Positions 1 to 12,402 of a stretch of 64,000 bases of DNA are shown one piece after another. The DNA comes from Monocercomonoides exilis PA203 (lineage: Eukaryota; Protista; Preaxostyla): positions 1,364,001 through 1,428,000 of the forward strand of contig LSRY02000008.1 in NCBI GenBank assembly GCA_001643675.2, in the 5' to 3' direction. The number at the start of each line of letters is the position of its first letter. Position 1 is the first letter of the stretch. The notes under the pieces were generated by a model. The model searched no databases, was not told the DNA's origin, and saw nothing but the letters and a program-made list of their open reading frames with translations. A program made the position numbers and the translations under genes.

Positions 1-3000
1 TATTCATATATTAAGTCAAGAAATGAAAATTAATAACTTTGTATTAAAGCGTAAATACCACCAGTCCTCTAAAACTTATATGGGTTATTCTTTTTGAAAA
101 GTCGCAAATGTTTAATTCTCAAATAAATCAAAAATTTAATATTTTGTTCAAATTTCTGTTTCTGCTCACGAATCTTCTTTGGAATGAATAAAATAGCATT
201 ATCCAGAAATAGATTCTATATAAGAGAAGTTTGTTGTATGTTTATAAAAATTTGAGCAATATATGAAATTTTTATTCATTTGAAAATTAAACATTTGCGA
301 CTTTTCAAAAAGAATTACCCATATATTTTTTTAAAGTCAGAATACAAAATATAATTCAAATTCTTTTGATTTTCATAGAAACCGATAATGAATCTAAAAA
401 GCATTTATATTGTTGAGATTGTTAAAGATTTTATTTTTGTTGATCCTTTTTGTAATTGATTATTTTTAATCATTCGTTCATTTTAACGATATTTATTGTT
501 TTTATGTATTGTAATTTATTATTTATCCAACATTTGAAATAAAATAAAATACAACAATCAGTGAGTTTAAAAAATTATAATAATGTTTTTTATGTTTTCT
601 TTCTTTTTCTTTTTCTTATTCTTTTTTTTTTCTTTTTCTTATTCTTTTCTCTTTTTCTTTTTTCTTTTTCTTTTTTCTTTTTCTTTTTCTTTATTTTTTA
701 TTTTTTGATTTCATTTTAATGTTTTCTTTTCTTTTTTTATGTGCACCAAAAATGTATGGACGACTGAAATAAGTTAACTTCTTCACCATTTATTATTCAA
801 ATTTGGTAAACATATTATTCGAAATTAGAAAACTGGGGTGATTATTTTTGAATTCATATTTTCTCTTACTTGAATTTCCATTTTAAAATTAACTTTGAAT
901 ACTAATAAAAGAACACTGAAAAGTTATAATTTCTTTCAAAGAATGTTGGATAAAAAACTAAAATCCCAAACTTTGTCTTTTTAAACGATTGGGGGAAAAT
1001 ACGGACTTTCAAGCTTTTTTTGCACAAAGCATGAAAAAATTATTTCATTTATAACATAATTAAACTTAATCAGATTTCAAATAAATTCGATTTTCATAAC
1101 TGGAAACAAACATCATTGATATAATAACATCATGTTTTGTGACATCAAACATATTTCAAAAAAATAAACACATTTATTTCGAAAATTTTGATCACAAAAA
1201 ATTCATATAAGTTGCATAATATTTCAATGAAAATGCCTGAAGTTAAATATTTTGTCCCAATTGTCATGCTTTTTTCATTCGAATAAAAAATTCCTTTCCA
1301 AATTTATTGAACCTCCTGAGAATCAACACTCAGAAAAAAGTTATGATAACAAAAATAATCACACACTTCTTATTCAAAAATAATAAAATTGAGTATTTTT
1401 TGAAAAAAATTTTTTTTGAATTAAGCCTTCCATTGATTGAGTGTCGAAAAGTGATTAAAATATTATATTCCGTCAATATTCAAAATGCAGATGAGAAATT
1501 GAACCTTTAATTTTTTTATTTGTGAATAAACATGAAAATTTCCGATTTTTCAGAAAAAATTCATCATCATGGAAATCGGATTATCTTTGAATTATTTCAC
1601 CTCACATTGTCAGATTTCACATTACGCTATAAAGATATTATATTTTCATTTAAATATATCCAGAGGATCGATAAATACAAACTAAAAATTAAGAAAGTGC
1701 TTTTATTGACTTATTTGATTGTGCAAATTAAAAGTTTTCATGAACTTAATGATGCCAACAATATTTTTTTGAATGAATAATGTGAAATCTGACAATGTGA
1801 GGTGAAATAATTCAAAGATAATCCGATTTCCATGATGATGAATTTTTTCTGAAAAATCGGAAATTTTCATGTTTATTCACAAATAAAAAAATTAAAGGTT
1901 CAATTTCTCATCTGCATTTTGAATATTGACGGAATATAATATTTTAATCACTTTTCGACACTCAATCAATGGAAGGCTTAATTCAAAAAAAATTTTTTTC
2001 AAAAAATACTCAATTTTATTATTTTTGAATAAGAAGTGTGTGATTATTTTTGTTATCATAACTTTTTTCTGAGTGTTGATTCTCAGGAGGTTCAATAAAT
2101 TTGGAAAGGAATTTTTTATTCGAATGAAAAAAGCATGACAATTGGGACAAAATATTTAACTTCAGGCATTTTCATTGAAATATTATGCAACTTATATGAA
2201 TTTTTTGTGATCAAAATTTTCGAAATAAATGTGTTTATTTTTTTGAAATATGTTTGATGTCACAAAACATGATGTTATTATATCAATGATGTTTGTTTCC
2301 AGTTATGAAAATCGAATTTATTTGAAATCTGATTAAGTTTAATTATGTTATAAATGAAATAATTTTTTCATGCTTTGTGCAAAAAAAGCTTGAAAGTCCG
2401 TATTTTCCCCCAATCGTTTAAAAAGACAAAGTTTGGGATTTTAGTTTTTTATCCAACATTCTTTGAAAGAAATTATAACTTTTCAGTGTTCTTTTATTAG
2501 TATTCAAAGTTAATTTTAAAATGGAAATTCAAGTAAGAGAAAATATGAATTCAAAAATAATCACCCCAGTTTTCTAATTTCGAATAATATGTTTACCAAA
2601 TTTGAATAATAAATGGTGAAGAAGTTAACTTATTTCAGTCGTCCATACATTTTTGGTGCACATAAAAAAAGAAAAGAAAACATTAAAATGAAATCAAAAA
2701 ATAAAAAATAAAGAAAAAGAAAAAGAAAAAAGAAAAAGAAAAAAGAAAAAGAGAAAAGAATAAGAAAAAGAAAAAAAAAAGAATAAGAAAAAGAAAAAGA
2801 AAGAAAACATAAAAAACATTATTATAATTTTTTAAACTCACTGATTGTTGTATTTTATTTTATTTCAAATGTTGGATAAATAATAAATTACAATACATAA
2901 AACAATAAATATCGTTAAAATGAACGAATGATTAAAAATAATCAATTACAAAAAGGATCAACAAAAATAAAATCTTTAACAATCTCAACAATATAAATGC

Positions 3001-3401
3001 TTTTTAGATTCATTATCGGTTTCTATGAAAATCAAAAGAATTTGAATTATATTTTGTATTCTGACTTTAAAAAAAATATATGGGTAATTCTTTTTGAAAA
3101 GTCGCAAATGTTTAATTTTCAAATGAATAAAAATTTCATATATTGCTCAAATTTTTATAAACATACAACAAACTTCTCTTATATAGAATCTATTTCTGGA
3201 TAATGCTATTTTATTCATTCCAAAGAAGATTCGTGAGCAGAAACAGAAATTTGAACAAAATATTAAATTTTTGATTTATTTGAGAATTAAACATTTGCGA
3301 CTTTTCAAAAAGAATAACCCATATAAGTTTTAGAGGACTGGTGGTATTTACGCTTTAATACAAAGTTATTAATTTTCATTTCTTGACTTAATATATGAAT
3401 A
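1..3401. repeat. Giant inverted repeat P1 (left arm runs off the window start); arms 1-1624 and 1778-3401+, loop 1625-1777
   Basis: Base i pairs with base 3402-i. The window start TATTCATATATTAAGTCAAG is the reverse complement of 3382-3401. ORFs 1307-1510(+) and 1892-2095(-) are identical mirrors. AT-rich and non-coding. Confidence 0.97.
77..325. mobile_element. MITE-like element with ~52-bp imperfect terminal inverted repeats (mirror copy at 3077-3325)
   Basis: TATATGGGTTATTCTTTTTGAAAAGTCGCAAATGTTTAATT at 77-117 and its near-perfect reverse complement ending ACCCATATA at 325. TA at both ends, no credible coding capacity. Confidence 0.55.
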
Positions 3402-3804
3402 AAACGAATTATTTTTGAACAAATTATTTTTTTCTTTATTGAAATGTTAATCAAAAATCTTTAAAACAAATACTCAATTTTGTTCCTCAAGGAATAATTA
3501 TGATAAAAATGTTATTTTTTACTAATTTTTCTTTTTACAATTTTATATTCATTGAAATACTAATTTTAAAAAATTCAAGCATTATCAAGTTGATTTTATT
3601 ATTTTTTTCAATTTTCTATAAGATTCAAAATATATTAGTATTACGATAAAAAACTTTCAGCAAACAACTATTTTTCAATTTTTCTTCATAAAATACAAAA
3701 AGTAAATCAATATTTACGATAAAATAACTTTTTAAAAAAATTCATCGAAACGAAAAATAAAACATGCACATACACAAAATTTTAAACTCAACAACGTTAT
3801 TCAA

Positions 3805-5943
3805 GTGCTAGGTATGGGGATGGGGAAGGATGTTGAGGCAGGGGCATTTGATCTGAGTGGGAGCATTGGGGTGTTGACGAACATTACATTGAAGGGGTGG
3901 AGAAGTGGGGGAGAGATCTATTCAGGCAGGCTGTTTGGAGGGAAGGGATATGGAGGGGAGAAGGGTGGAGGTGAAGAAAAAGGAGGAGAAGGAGGAGAAA
4001 TGGGAAGAGGAAGAGGAAGAGAAGGAGAAGGAGAAGGAGAAGGCATTGAAGGGAGTATTTCGGTGAGTGAATCACACTTCTCTTCTTTTTGTGTCTCATC
4101 AGCCCCATTCCTCTCGTCGCCTTCAATACCCCTAATGTCCCTCTCCAAACTCACATTTTTCAACATCTCAACAGCAAATGAGGCATGCTCACCTTCAACA
4201 ACAACGTCATCCCAAACCTCATGTTTTATGAGTAGCTGCTCATTCTCATCAGTTTGTGATGCGTATGATGGAGGAATTGTCACTTCCCTCAACAACCCCT
4301 TTGCCTCTTTGACTGCCTCAAATACCTCGTTTGTTGGATGTTGCAGAACAAGAAATGTTGTTTGCGAAGGAACATCAGACAGAAAGTTGACTCCAGGGAG
4401 GCAGAACGAAACAGAAAATGGAGCAAATTCATTCACTTGGTGTGAATGGAACGGATCGAAGGCTAATGGAAGCAAAGATGATTATGCCGATGAAGCTTCC
4501 AATGGTGGAGCAATTCGAATGTATAACCTCAATTCAGGAGAACTGATAGTTTCGCATTGTTTATTCAATGATTGCTATGCTCATTATGCTGGAGGAGGGG
4601 TCATGTGTTTTGGAATCAGTTCGGTTGAGATTGAGCACAGTTTTTTTAATTCTTGTGAAGGACAAAATCGATATGGAGGAGGAATGTTTGTTTATACGAT
4701 TTCGTCGTGTGTTCGGATCAGTAGATGTGAATTTCTCAATTGTAAATCAAATGAGGCTGGAGGAGGACTTTATCTTAATGATTTCAAGGTTTCAGGAACA
4801 GGATGTATTGGAGAAGAAAATGAAGGAGGGGAAAGTGCGTGTGTGTTTGACTGCAGTTTCACTTCATGTTCAATTACGAACGATTGGGGTGGAGGCATGT
4901 TTTGCAAAAATGTTCCCAATCAATTCAAGATTAGAAGCGTCAGGTTTATTTCGTGTAACGCATCGACCAGGGGAGGCGGATTTCATTTGGAGCCAATAAA
5001 GCAAACTGTACCAGCTGATGGGCTTTATTGCTATTTCCTCTTCTTCCATGAATGCAAATGCTCGGGTGATCCACCACATGGTCACGACATGATATACTTG
5101 GACAATTACAATCACTATTTGAAATCAGGAAATCCGTTCAAAGAATGTTACACCACAAACACAGATGATCAGAGAGTGTGCTATGCATACAATTATGCAA
5201 GTGCAAAAGCTTGGTCATATAACCAAACATCAAAAAAGGTGTGGCTGAACGAATGGTCGAAGGTTCTGTTTGTGGGGGTGAATGGTAAGGACTCGAGTGG
5301 GCTGTGTGGAATGGGCGAGTCAGCACCTTGCAAGACGGTGGGACACGCAGTGGAGACGGGCTTGGAAGAGCTGAGCTCATCAATCACGCTGATGGAAGGG
5401 AATCACACGAGCGAGGCAACAACGATTGATATTGGAGAAAAGAAGATTTCAGTCATTGGGAAAGGCAAAGATAAAAGCTCGATTGGAACAGGAACACTTT
5501 CATCGGTAGGAACGCTATTCAGCGTGTCAACAGGTCATCTTGGTTTATTGCACATGAAGGTTGATTGCAATTCAAATTCAAGTCCTTCGCCGAGCGTGGT
5601 TGTGGTGTCTGATGGGGGTGGGTCACTCTCATTGGAGGATGTTGTGATCACCACGAGTGTTTCTTCAGGAAACTATGTGATGTCGTCGTCAGTGTTTGTG
5701 GTGCCGCTGTCGCAGCTATCGATGGTTGATGTGGAGATAACAGATATGAATGTCTCAAAATCATTGTTCTCTGAGTCGGATCTATCTTCTCCTTCTTCTT
5801 CTTCATTGTCGTCATTGTCGTCATTTTCATTGACTTCGTCTTCTTCATCTTCTTCGTCGACTTCATTGTCTTCATCGCCTCCTCCTGCGCTGTTTTCGAC
5901 TCTTCTTCCTTTTCTTCTCAGAAAGCAGTTTCACCAACGATAG
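3805..5943 (+). CDS. Cys/Gly-rich parallel beta-helix-like putative surface protein, copy 1 (5'-truncated, degenerate Ser-rich 3' end)
   Basis: 712-codon ORF with repeating GGAI/GGG-x-hydrophobic...CxFxxC units, FTWCEW, ESACVFDCSFTSCS, YCYFLFFHECKC and CG...PCKTV. It begins abruptly at the edge of the AT-rich hub, so the true start is uncertain. Fold inferred from repeat periodicity. Confidence 0.75.
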   Translation: MLGMGMGKDVEAGAFDLSGSIGVLTNITLKGWRSGGEIYSGRLFGGKGYGGEKGGGEEKGGEGGEMGRGRGREGEGEGEGIEGSISVSESHFSSFCVSSAPFLSSPSIPLMSLSKLTFFNISTANEACSPSTTTSSQTSCFMSSCSFSSVCDAYDGGIVTSLNNPFASLTASNTSFVGCCRTRNVVCEGTSDRKLTPGRQNETENGANSFTWCEWNGSKANGSKDDYADEASNGGAIRMYNLNSGELIVSHCLFNDCYAHYAGGGVMCFGISSVEIEHSFFNSCEGQNRYGGGMFVYTISSCVRISRCEFLNCKSNEAGGGLYLNDFKVSGTGCIGEENEGGESACVFDCSFTSCSITNDWGGGMFCKNVPNQFKIRSVRFISCNASTRGGGFHLEPIKQTVPADGLYCYFLFFHECKCSGDPPHGHDMIYLDNYNHYLKSGNPFKECYTTNTDDQRVCYAYNYASAKAWSYNQTSKKVWLNEWSKVLFVGVNGKDSSGLCGMGESAPCKTVGHAVETGLEELSSSITLMEGNHTSEATTIDIGEKKISVIGKGKDKSSIGTGTLSSVGTLFSVSTGHLGLLHMKVDCNSNSSPSPSVVVVSDGGGSLSLEDVVITTSVSSGNYVMSSSVFVVPLSQLSMVDVEITDMNVSKSLFSESDLSSPSSSSLSSLSSFSLTSSSSSSSSTSLSSSPPPALFSTLLPFLLRKQFHQR

Positions 5944-6032
5944 TTGGCATTTCTTCGTTTGGTCAAGCACAATAACCCCAAAATAGCAACAATGCTTGGC
6001 AAGATGTTCCAGCAGCACTCGCCTCTCAGAGC

Positions 6033-6106
6033 CATCAAGTCAATCAAGCTCGTCAAGTCCGTCAAGTCCGTCAAGTCCGTCAAGTCCGTCAAGTCTGTCA
6101 AGTCTT
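6033..6106 (+). repeat. 9-bp tandem repeat (GTCAAGTCC)n, about 8 imperfect copies
   Basis: gtcaagtcc repeated directly at 6052-6105 with degenerate leading units. Confidence 0.9.
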
Positions 6107-6629
6107 TCAATAGCGCCAATGAAATCTATTGCCAGCCATTTTCTTTGATTCTGCACACATTGCTATTTCCGGCACACAACTGAAAGTCACAAATGGAAGG
6201 GCATAAAACACAGCGAATGCGAAGGAACTGAAGCAGACACAGCGGAGAAGACAAACAAATTGATTAATGCAAGGATCTAAATGACAGCTACAATGCAAAT
6301 ATAACGAACACAAAGATACGAAAATGAAGATGCAGAATGCCTTGGACAAATTAAAAACGATCTTCAAAGTGGTTGTGCATCGACGTGAAGAGGTTGCAGC
6401 TGCTGTTTTTCTTTTCGCGAAAATCAACAGAATTTTCTGATGGCAAAAACCATGCCAACCGCTCACCAGAACAGCTACCCCATTAATGTCCATTTCTGAA
6501 GGAAAAAAAAGGCCGTTTCAGCATGCAAGCAGCAGACGCATCGCCACGTCATTCCCTTTCACAATTTCCCAACTGACAATTGAAGAGTTCGCGTATCATG
6601 AAGGAATTCCTCGGTAAGAGAAGTCATCT

Positions 6630-7130
6630 GAAGAAGTAAATGAAGAAAAAAAAAGAGATGAAGGCGATGAAGGTGATGAAGGCGATGAAGGCGATGAAGG
6701 CTTGGAGGAAAATGAAGAAGAATATAAGGAAGAAGAAGAAGAAGAAGAAGACAAATATGATTATGACCAAGAAGGGAAAAATTATATAAAATTTTAATTA
6801 TTGGGAGATGCATTTGAAAATAATGACGGAGAAGAATTCGATGAAGAAGATGAAGGAGATGACGAAGAGGAAGAAGATGAAGAAGATGAAGAAGATGAAG
6901 AAGATGAAAAATATGAAGAAGATAATGGCCAAGAAGATAAAGAAGAATATGATAATGGACAAGAAGGATAAAATTTATGTAATTTCATTTGTCAAGGAGG
7001 TGCATATGAAAAAAATGACTTCGAAGATAAAGACGATTAAGGAAATGAAGATGGAGAAGAAGATGATGATGATGACAGCGATGATGGCAATGACAGAGAT
7101 GAAGATGACAAAGATGGTGAATATGATGTT
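6630..7130 (+). repeat. GAA/GAT-rich low-complexity tract, possible decayed acidic-protein exon
   Basis: Runs of GAAGATGAA and GAAGGCGAT. The Asp/Glu reading frame is interrupted by stops. Confidence 0.6.
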
Positions 7131-10089
7131 ATTGTCAAGTTTGAATACTATACATCTTCTGACAGAAGATATTCTCAGCATCACGGCCTCGTTCTCTGCT
7201 CTTGTGAATAACGTTTCAATGATAGAAGGCTGAAGACAAAGGTCAAATGACTCAAATCCATTTTACCTGTAATTTGCCTCCAGCTGCCTGTATTACGCAA
7301 AACTGTCCGTTTTTCTCGTTTTTTCGCCTCTCAAGCCAAGCAATGAAAAGCAGTTCCATCGCTCCCCCCAGCGCATAAAATCAATGTCTTGCCCTTCTCA
7401 TTCCAAGAAAGGCGCCTTGTTCTGTTCTAGCTGCCTCCAATGTCCTGTTTCACTCATCTGCCCCAATCGCCCCAACAAACTTAAAAATGAAAATGTCCTC
7501 TTCCTCTTTTTAAAAACGTTCCCTTTTCATTGAAGTTGGCTGTTCTTCCTTTTGGCCTTGGAAGTCTTTCAACCCCGTTGATTTCTGCATCATTAAATTT
7601 CATTTTTCATCACATTTCTATCCATCGCGCATGTTGAGTCCAAAATAAGTCACATAAATATTTATGATAAAATACATTCAGGCTCTAATAATATATTTGT
7701 AAGATAACATTTGACTCGCTTCATTGCTGTTCTGTTCTGCAAAGAATAAATTGTCCATTTTATATAATTTGTCTGAATCACCACTTTGGAGAGGATACGG
7801 ATGGAAATATCTTCACAACAAATAGAATAATATAAAATACATACATTGAAAATTCTTCATTTCCATCGAAAATATTGTCGCTCCACAGCATTCCAACAAT
7901 CGAAATGAACAATTTCATCTTCCATCGAATAAATATTCTTTTGTAATACCCAACCTATTTACTGGAAATATTTCATTTAGTCAATCTGTCTTTGTTTTCA
8001 CTTCGGAGTCTCACTCCGTTGACAGTTTCTGAGCATTTGGCATTTCTTGATCATTTTCCATAACGAATAAGAGCCACAAAAGAAAAAGAGCACAACTCGA
8101 TGTGTCGTGGCTGAATGGGAATATGAAGACAATGCGATAACAAAAGGATGGACTTGTGGTGTGGGGTGAAGGAGTTGAGTTTTTGGAGGAGACAGGGTTT
8201 TGGAGGGGGAAAGGAACGATAAAAGAATATTTTTTGTGGAAAAGAGGTATTTTTGTGATATTTAAAAGGCAAAATGGATGTGCGGGAGATGGATTTGGAT
8301 GGGATTTTGAGGGGTTGTTTTTTCGATTTTTGTGAGTTGGAAGGAGTGGAGGTCGTGTTTGTTATTTGAGAAAAGGATTTTGATGTTGAGGAGGTGGGGT
8401 GAGAAGGGGCAGAGGTGCGGAAGATGGGTGAAGCGAATGGAATATATTATCTTTGGAGGAGAGGATAAGAGATGGAGAGATATGTGGAGGAGGTGTTTTT
8501 TTATTTTCAAATGCAGAGAAGGAGGAGGCATATGGGGCAGGGCAAGAGGGAGAGCATTTGTGAGTGAGTGTTTGATAAGAAAGAGAAGTGGGGTTGAAGA
8601 AAAAAAAAGTGAGAGATATTTATTTAATATTTTAAATTTTTTATTGAAAGGATAGTTTGGCCGCGCCTCTCATTTGCAGGACAAGTGTTGGAGGCGGAGG
8701 CAGAGGAAGACGGGAAGAAGGAACATCAGCGCTGGCTCTTTGCATTGGAGGTGCGGAGACAGAGGAAGATGAGGAGCTGACTACGAGAGGCGTCTTGCAA
8801 TGGAAAGAGACAGAAAAAGGATGGAGATATTTATTTTTATTTTTGGTTGGAAGAAGGGGAATGGGAGCTGGGGGGACAGGGATTGTGATATTTTGTGGAG
8901 TGATATTGTTGTTGTTTTGAGGGGAAATGGAGAGAAGAAGAAGAAGATTTGGGCAAGGGATGGGAAAGGATTCTTCAGATGGAATCTTCTTCTTTTCCAG
9001 TTCTTTATGGAATAGAGTTTGTGAAGTTATTTAAGTGGAAATAAGACCAAGGATTGGAAGTGAATGATTTTTAGGAGAAGCAGAAGGGAAGCGAAGAAGG
9101 GGCGGATGGGCTTTGTTGGCAGAAAGGAACGATATTTTGGGGAAAAAAAAGGAAATGAAGAAGAAAGGATGAATTAGAAAAAGTGTGTGAAGAAAATTCA
9201 TTATAAAATAATTTGTTGTTATTTGTTTTGTTTTGTTTTTTAAAAATATCTTTCACATTTTTTTTTACAAATTTGTATATTTTTTATATTAAATTTCATG
9301 ATATTTTTTATTTTATATATTTTTATTCGGAATATTCAGTGAATTTCCGAAAGATGCGCAGAAAGCCATCACATGTTGTCTGAGGAGCGCAGATTGTTTT
9401 TTTAGCTTTGCTTGAAGAATGAGAGGAGGAAGAGAAATATTTCATATTTTTTGGATTGAGGGTTGGATGGAGGAAGATGAGAAGAGAAGAATGGTGAGAG
9501 TGAGGTTGGATGGGCAATGGAAGAGCGGGCGAAAACAACATTTAATTTTTTCTTTATTTTTGGAATTAGATTTGAAAGGCGAAGGCGTGGTGTGTGTGGT
9601 GCTTGGAGTGGATGATGTTGGGGTGAGAGGCATTTGGAGAGAGGCAAACAGGGGACGAGGGGAGTGAAGGGAAATGAAGATTTGTGGAGGTATTTTGTTC
9701 TTGTTTGTTCATATTCTTCATGTTCCATTTTTTATTTGTATTTGTATTTGTATTTTTTGATTTGATTGATGTGTGATGCGATCAGGTGTTGTCAAAAGCG
9801 CTGGGGGAGCATGAAACATGGGATGTGGAAACACTGCTTTTTTTATGAGCATTCCTGGAAGAAATTGGGAGAAATCAGCAACCGAAGAGTGTTTGGCAGA
9901 ATGAGCGAGACGGAAAAAACTGAAGAGAATGAGGAAAGAAATTTTTGTGGAATTTTTATTTACAAAAATCTTTTCGGAAGCAGCAGCAGAAGAGGCAGAA
10001 AAGAGGAACTCAAGCTCAATGGGATATTTTTTGGCATGGCGCTAAGAGGCATGGGGAAGGGGGAGAAGGAAAAGGAAGAAATTCTGTGA

Positions 10090-11523
10090 ATGAATTTCAT
10101 TTCTCTTCTTTTTGCCAATTTTTTATCGCCGCCCTCTACACCCCTTAAATCCCTCTCCAGACTCACTTTTTTCAACATCTCAACAGCAAATGATGCATGT
10201 TCACCTTCAACAACAACATCAACCCAAACCTCTTGTTTTATGAATGGTTGCTCATTCTCATCAGTTAGCGACGCATATGATGGCGGAATTGTTCATTCCC
10301 TCAACAATCCTTTGGCTTCCTTATCTGTTTCAAACACCTCGTTTATTGGGTGTTGTCGAACAAGGAATGTTGAATGCATTGGAACTGAAACTAATAGGCT
10401 GGCTCCAGGGAGACAGAACATTACAGTGAATGGAGCAAACTCATTCACTTGGTGCGAGTGGAGTGAATCGAAGACGACTGGAAGCAAAGATGATTATGCC
10501 AATGAAGCTTCCAATGGTGGAGCAATTCGGATGTATAACCTCAATTCAGGAGAACTGACAGTTTCGCATTGTTCATTCAATGATTGCTATGCATATTATG
10601 GCGGAGGCGGAATCATGTGCCGTTCAATCAAGTCAGTTGATATAACAAACAATTTATTCAACGCTTGCAATGCTCAAAACAATGCTGGAGGGGGATTGTA
10701 TGTTGTATTAATTTCATCATGTGTTCGGATCAGCGGATGTGAGTTTCAGAAATGTTCTTCTTATGGCTGGGGAGGAGGACTTTATCTTGATAATTTTCAG
10801 GTTTCAGGAACAGATTGCATTGGAACAGAAAATGGAGAAGGGGAAAGTGCGTGTGTGTTTGACTGCAGTTTCACTTCATGCTCAGTCACAAATTCGCAAG
10901 GTGGGGGCATGCGTTGTGCTACTGTTCCTGCAACGCAATTCAAAATGAGGAGCATTCAGTTTTTTTCATGTTCTGCACGGCAAGAAGGTGGAGGATTGTG
11001 TTTACATCCAAATCGAGCAACAGCACCGAATGATAAATTTTATTGTTATTTTTTGTTTTTCACGAATGCAAATGCTCTGCAGCCACTCCATATGGGCATG
11101 ATATGATATATTACGATAATAACAATTTATATTTATCTCAAAATAACCCGTTCCATGAATGTTACACAACAAACACAGATGACCAAAGAGTATGTTATGG
11201 ATATGATTTATCGAATTCAGGGAGTTGGAAATTTCAGCACACAGAAAAAAAAGGATTGGCTGAAGGACAAGACGATATATGTTTCAATGAATGGAAATGA
11301 TGCATCTCCACTTTGCGGATCAAATGAATCAAATCCGTGCAAAACGGTGAAGAAGGCGTTTGAGATGTGTGAGGTGCAGATTAGCTTGACAATCACGCTG
11401 CTGGATGGAAATCATCAAAGCGAGACAACAACAATTGAGATTGGGTCAAAGAAGGTTTCAATCATTGGGACGAGCAAAGAGAAGAGCGCGATTGGAACAG
11501 GAGTGCTTTTTTTTAAATCATGA
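10090..11523 (+). pseudogene. Beta-helix family copy 2 (two compensating homopolymer frameshifts; 3'-truncated at hub)
   Basis: Mirror of 13924-15357. One T fewer at 11056-11060 and one A more at ~11245-11252; these may be sequencing errors. Confidence 0.75.
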
Positions 11524-12156
11524 CTGGATGGTTTAAGATGCGTGAATAAGTATGCCCAACATTTTTCAAAAACAAAAGTGGATTAATATTTTGCATACAA
11601 ATACCAAAAAAATGCATTTAGTCGTAGCTATTGTTTGTAATAGGAAAAAGCTTTTTTACATATATTTTTATAGATTTTTCATCATTTTTTTCATTCTTAT
11701 ATTTATTACAAAAACATTATTAGCAACAGAAAAAAATAAATATATTTTTTCTGTGCAAAATTTGAAAAGAACATCAGGTCGAAAAAATATATTTTTGTGA
11801 TTGCTTATGCAGAATCATTTTTTTTCCTTGTTATTGTGAATAAAATCTTTCATTCATGTGAGTTATTATCTGTGGAAACTCCAGTGTATGAACTTAAAGA
11901 TACTGTTTGCCAAAACGAAATCCATATTCCGTTGAAAAGCTGAATCTTCCTTTTCGGATTATTTTTACACACATACATATTAACAAGTGTGTATACATAT
12001 GGACAATTCTTTTTGAATTCATGATAATTTTTAATCTTTTTTTTTCTTTTCTTTTTCTTTTTTTCAATAAAAATATTTCTTTTTTTGAAAACACTTCAGA
12101 AGCATTAACCAATCTTTGTGAAGAATTGTCATTAGCAAAACTTATCAATGTATATT

Positions 12157-12402
12157 GGGTGATAATTTTTGATGTCATGCCTTTACTGTAAAAAATTTCG
12201 GTTTTAATATATATCTTGAATGGTGATAAATGAACACTGAAAATTGATAATACCTTTTCAAGATAATTATGTCATGAACTTATCTCAAATAATGGCTTTT
12301 GCAACAATTATTTTATGTTCGAAATTTGATAAAAAACTTTTTGTTATTGGCAAAAAAACATTTTTTCAAATCAACACTCCGAAAAAAGTTATGATTTCAA
12401 AA
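12157..12402 (+). repeat. Conserved hub module with inverted ends; homologues at 835-1362, 37212-37460 and ~54320-54755, plus their mirror copies
   Basis: Same order in all four hubs: GGGTGATTATTTTTGA ... TGAACAC(T/A)(G/A)AAA ... TCAACACTCCGAAAAAAGTTATGATTTCAAAA. The middle TCGGTTT(G/T)A element is seen in P2, P3 and P4. Confidence 0.75.

Noticed and set aside
1307-3203. Short F/I/K/N-rich ORFs in the AT-rich hubs (also 11552-13895, 34843-37848, 52188-54995)
   Set aside because: Compositional ORFs with no recognisable motifs, duplicated only because of the palindromes. No transposase or protelomerase ORF was found in any hub.
3884-5387. Recurrent antisense and alternate-frame ORFs over the cassettes (HSHQVNEFAP, SADVNS families)
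   Set aside because: Shadows of the conserved sense-strand codons.
3805-5943. Bacterial Pmp/autotransporter assignment from GGAI motifs
   Set aside because: No beta-barrel domain, very Cys-rich, eukaryotic context. Only a general beta-helix resemblance is supportable, so no gene symbol is given.
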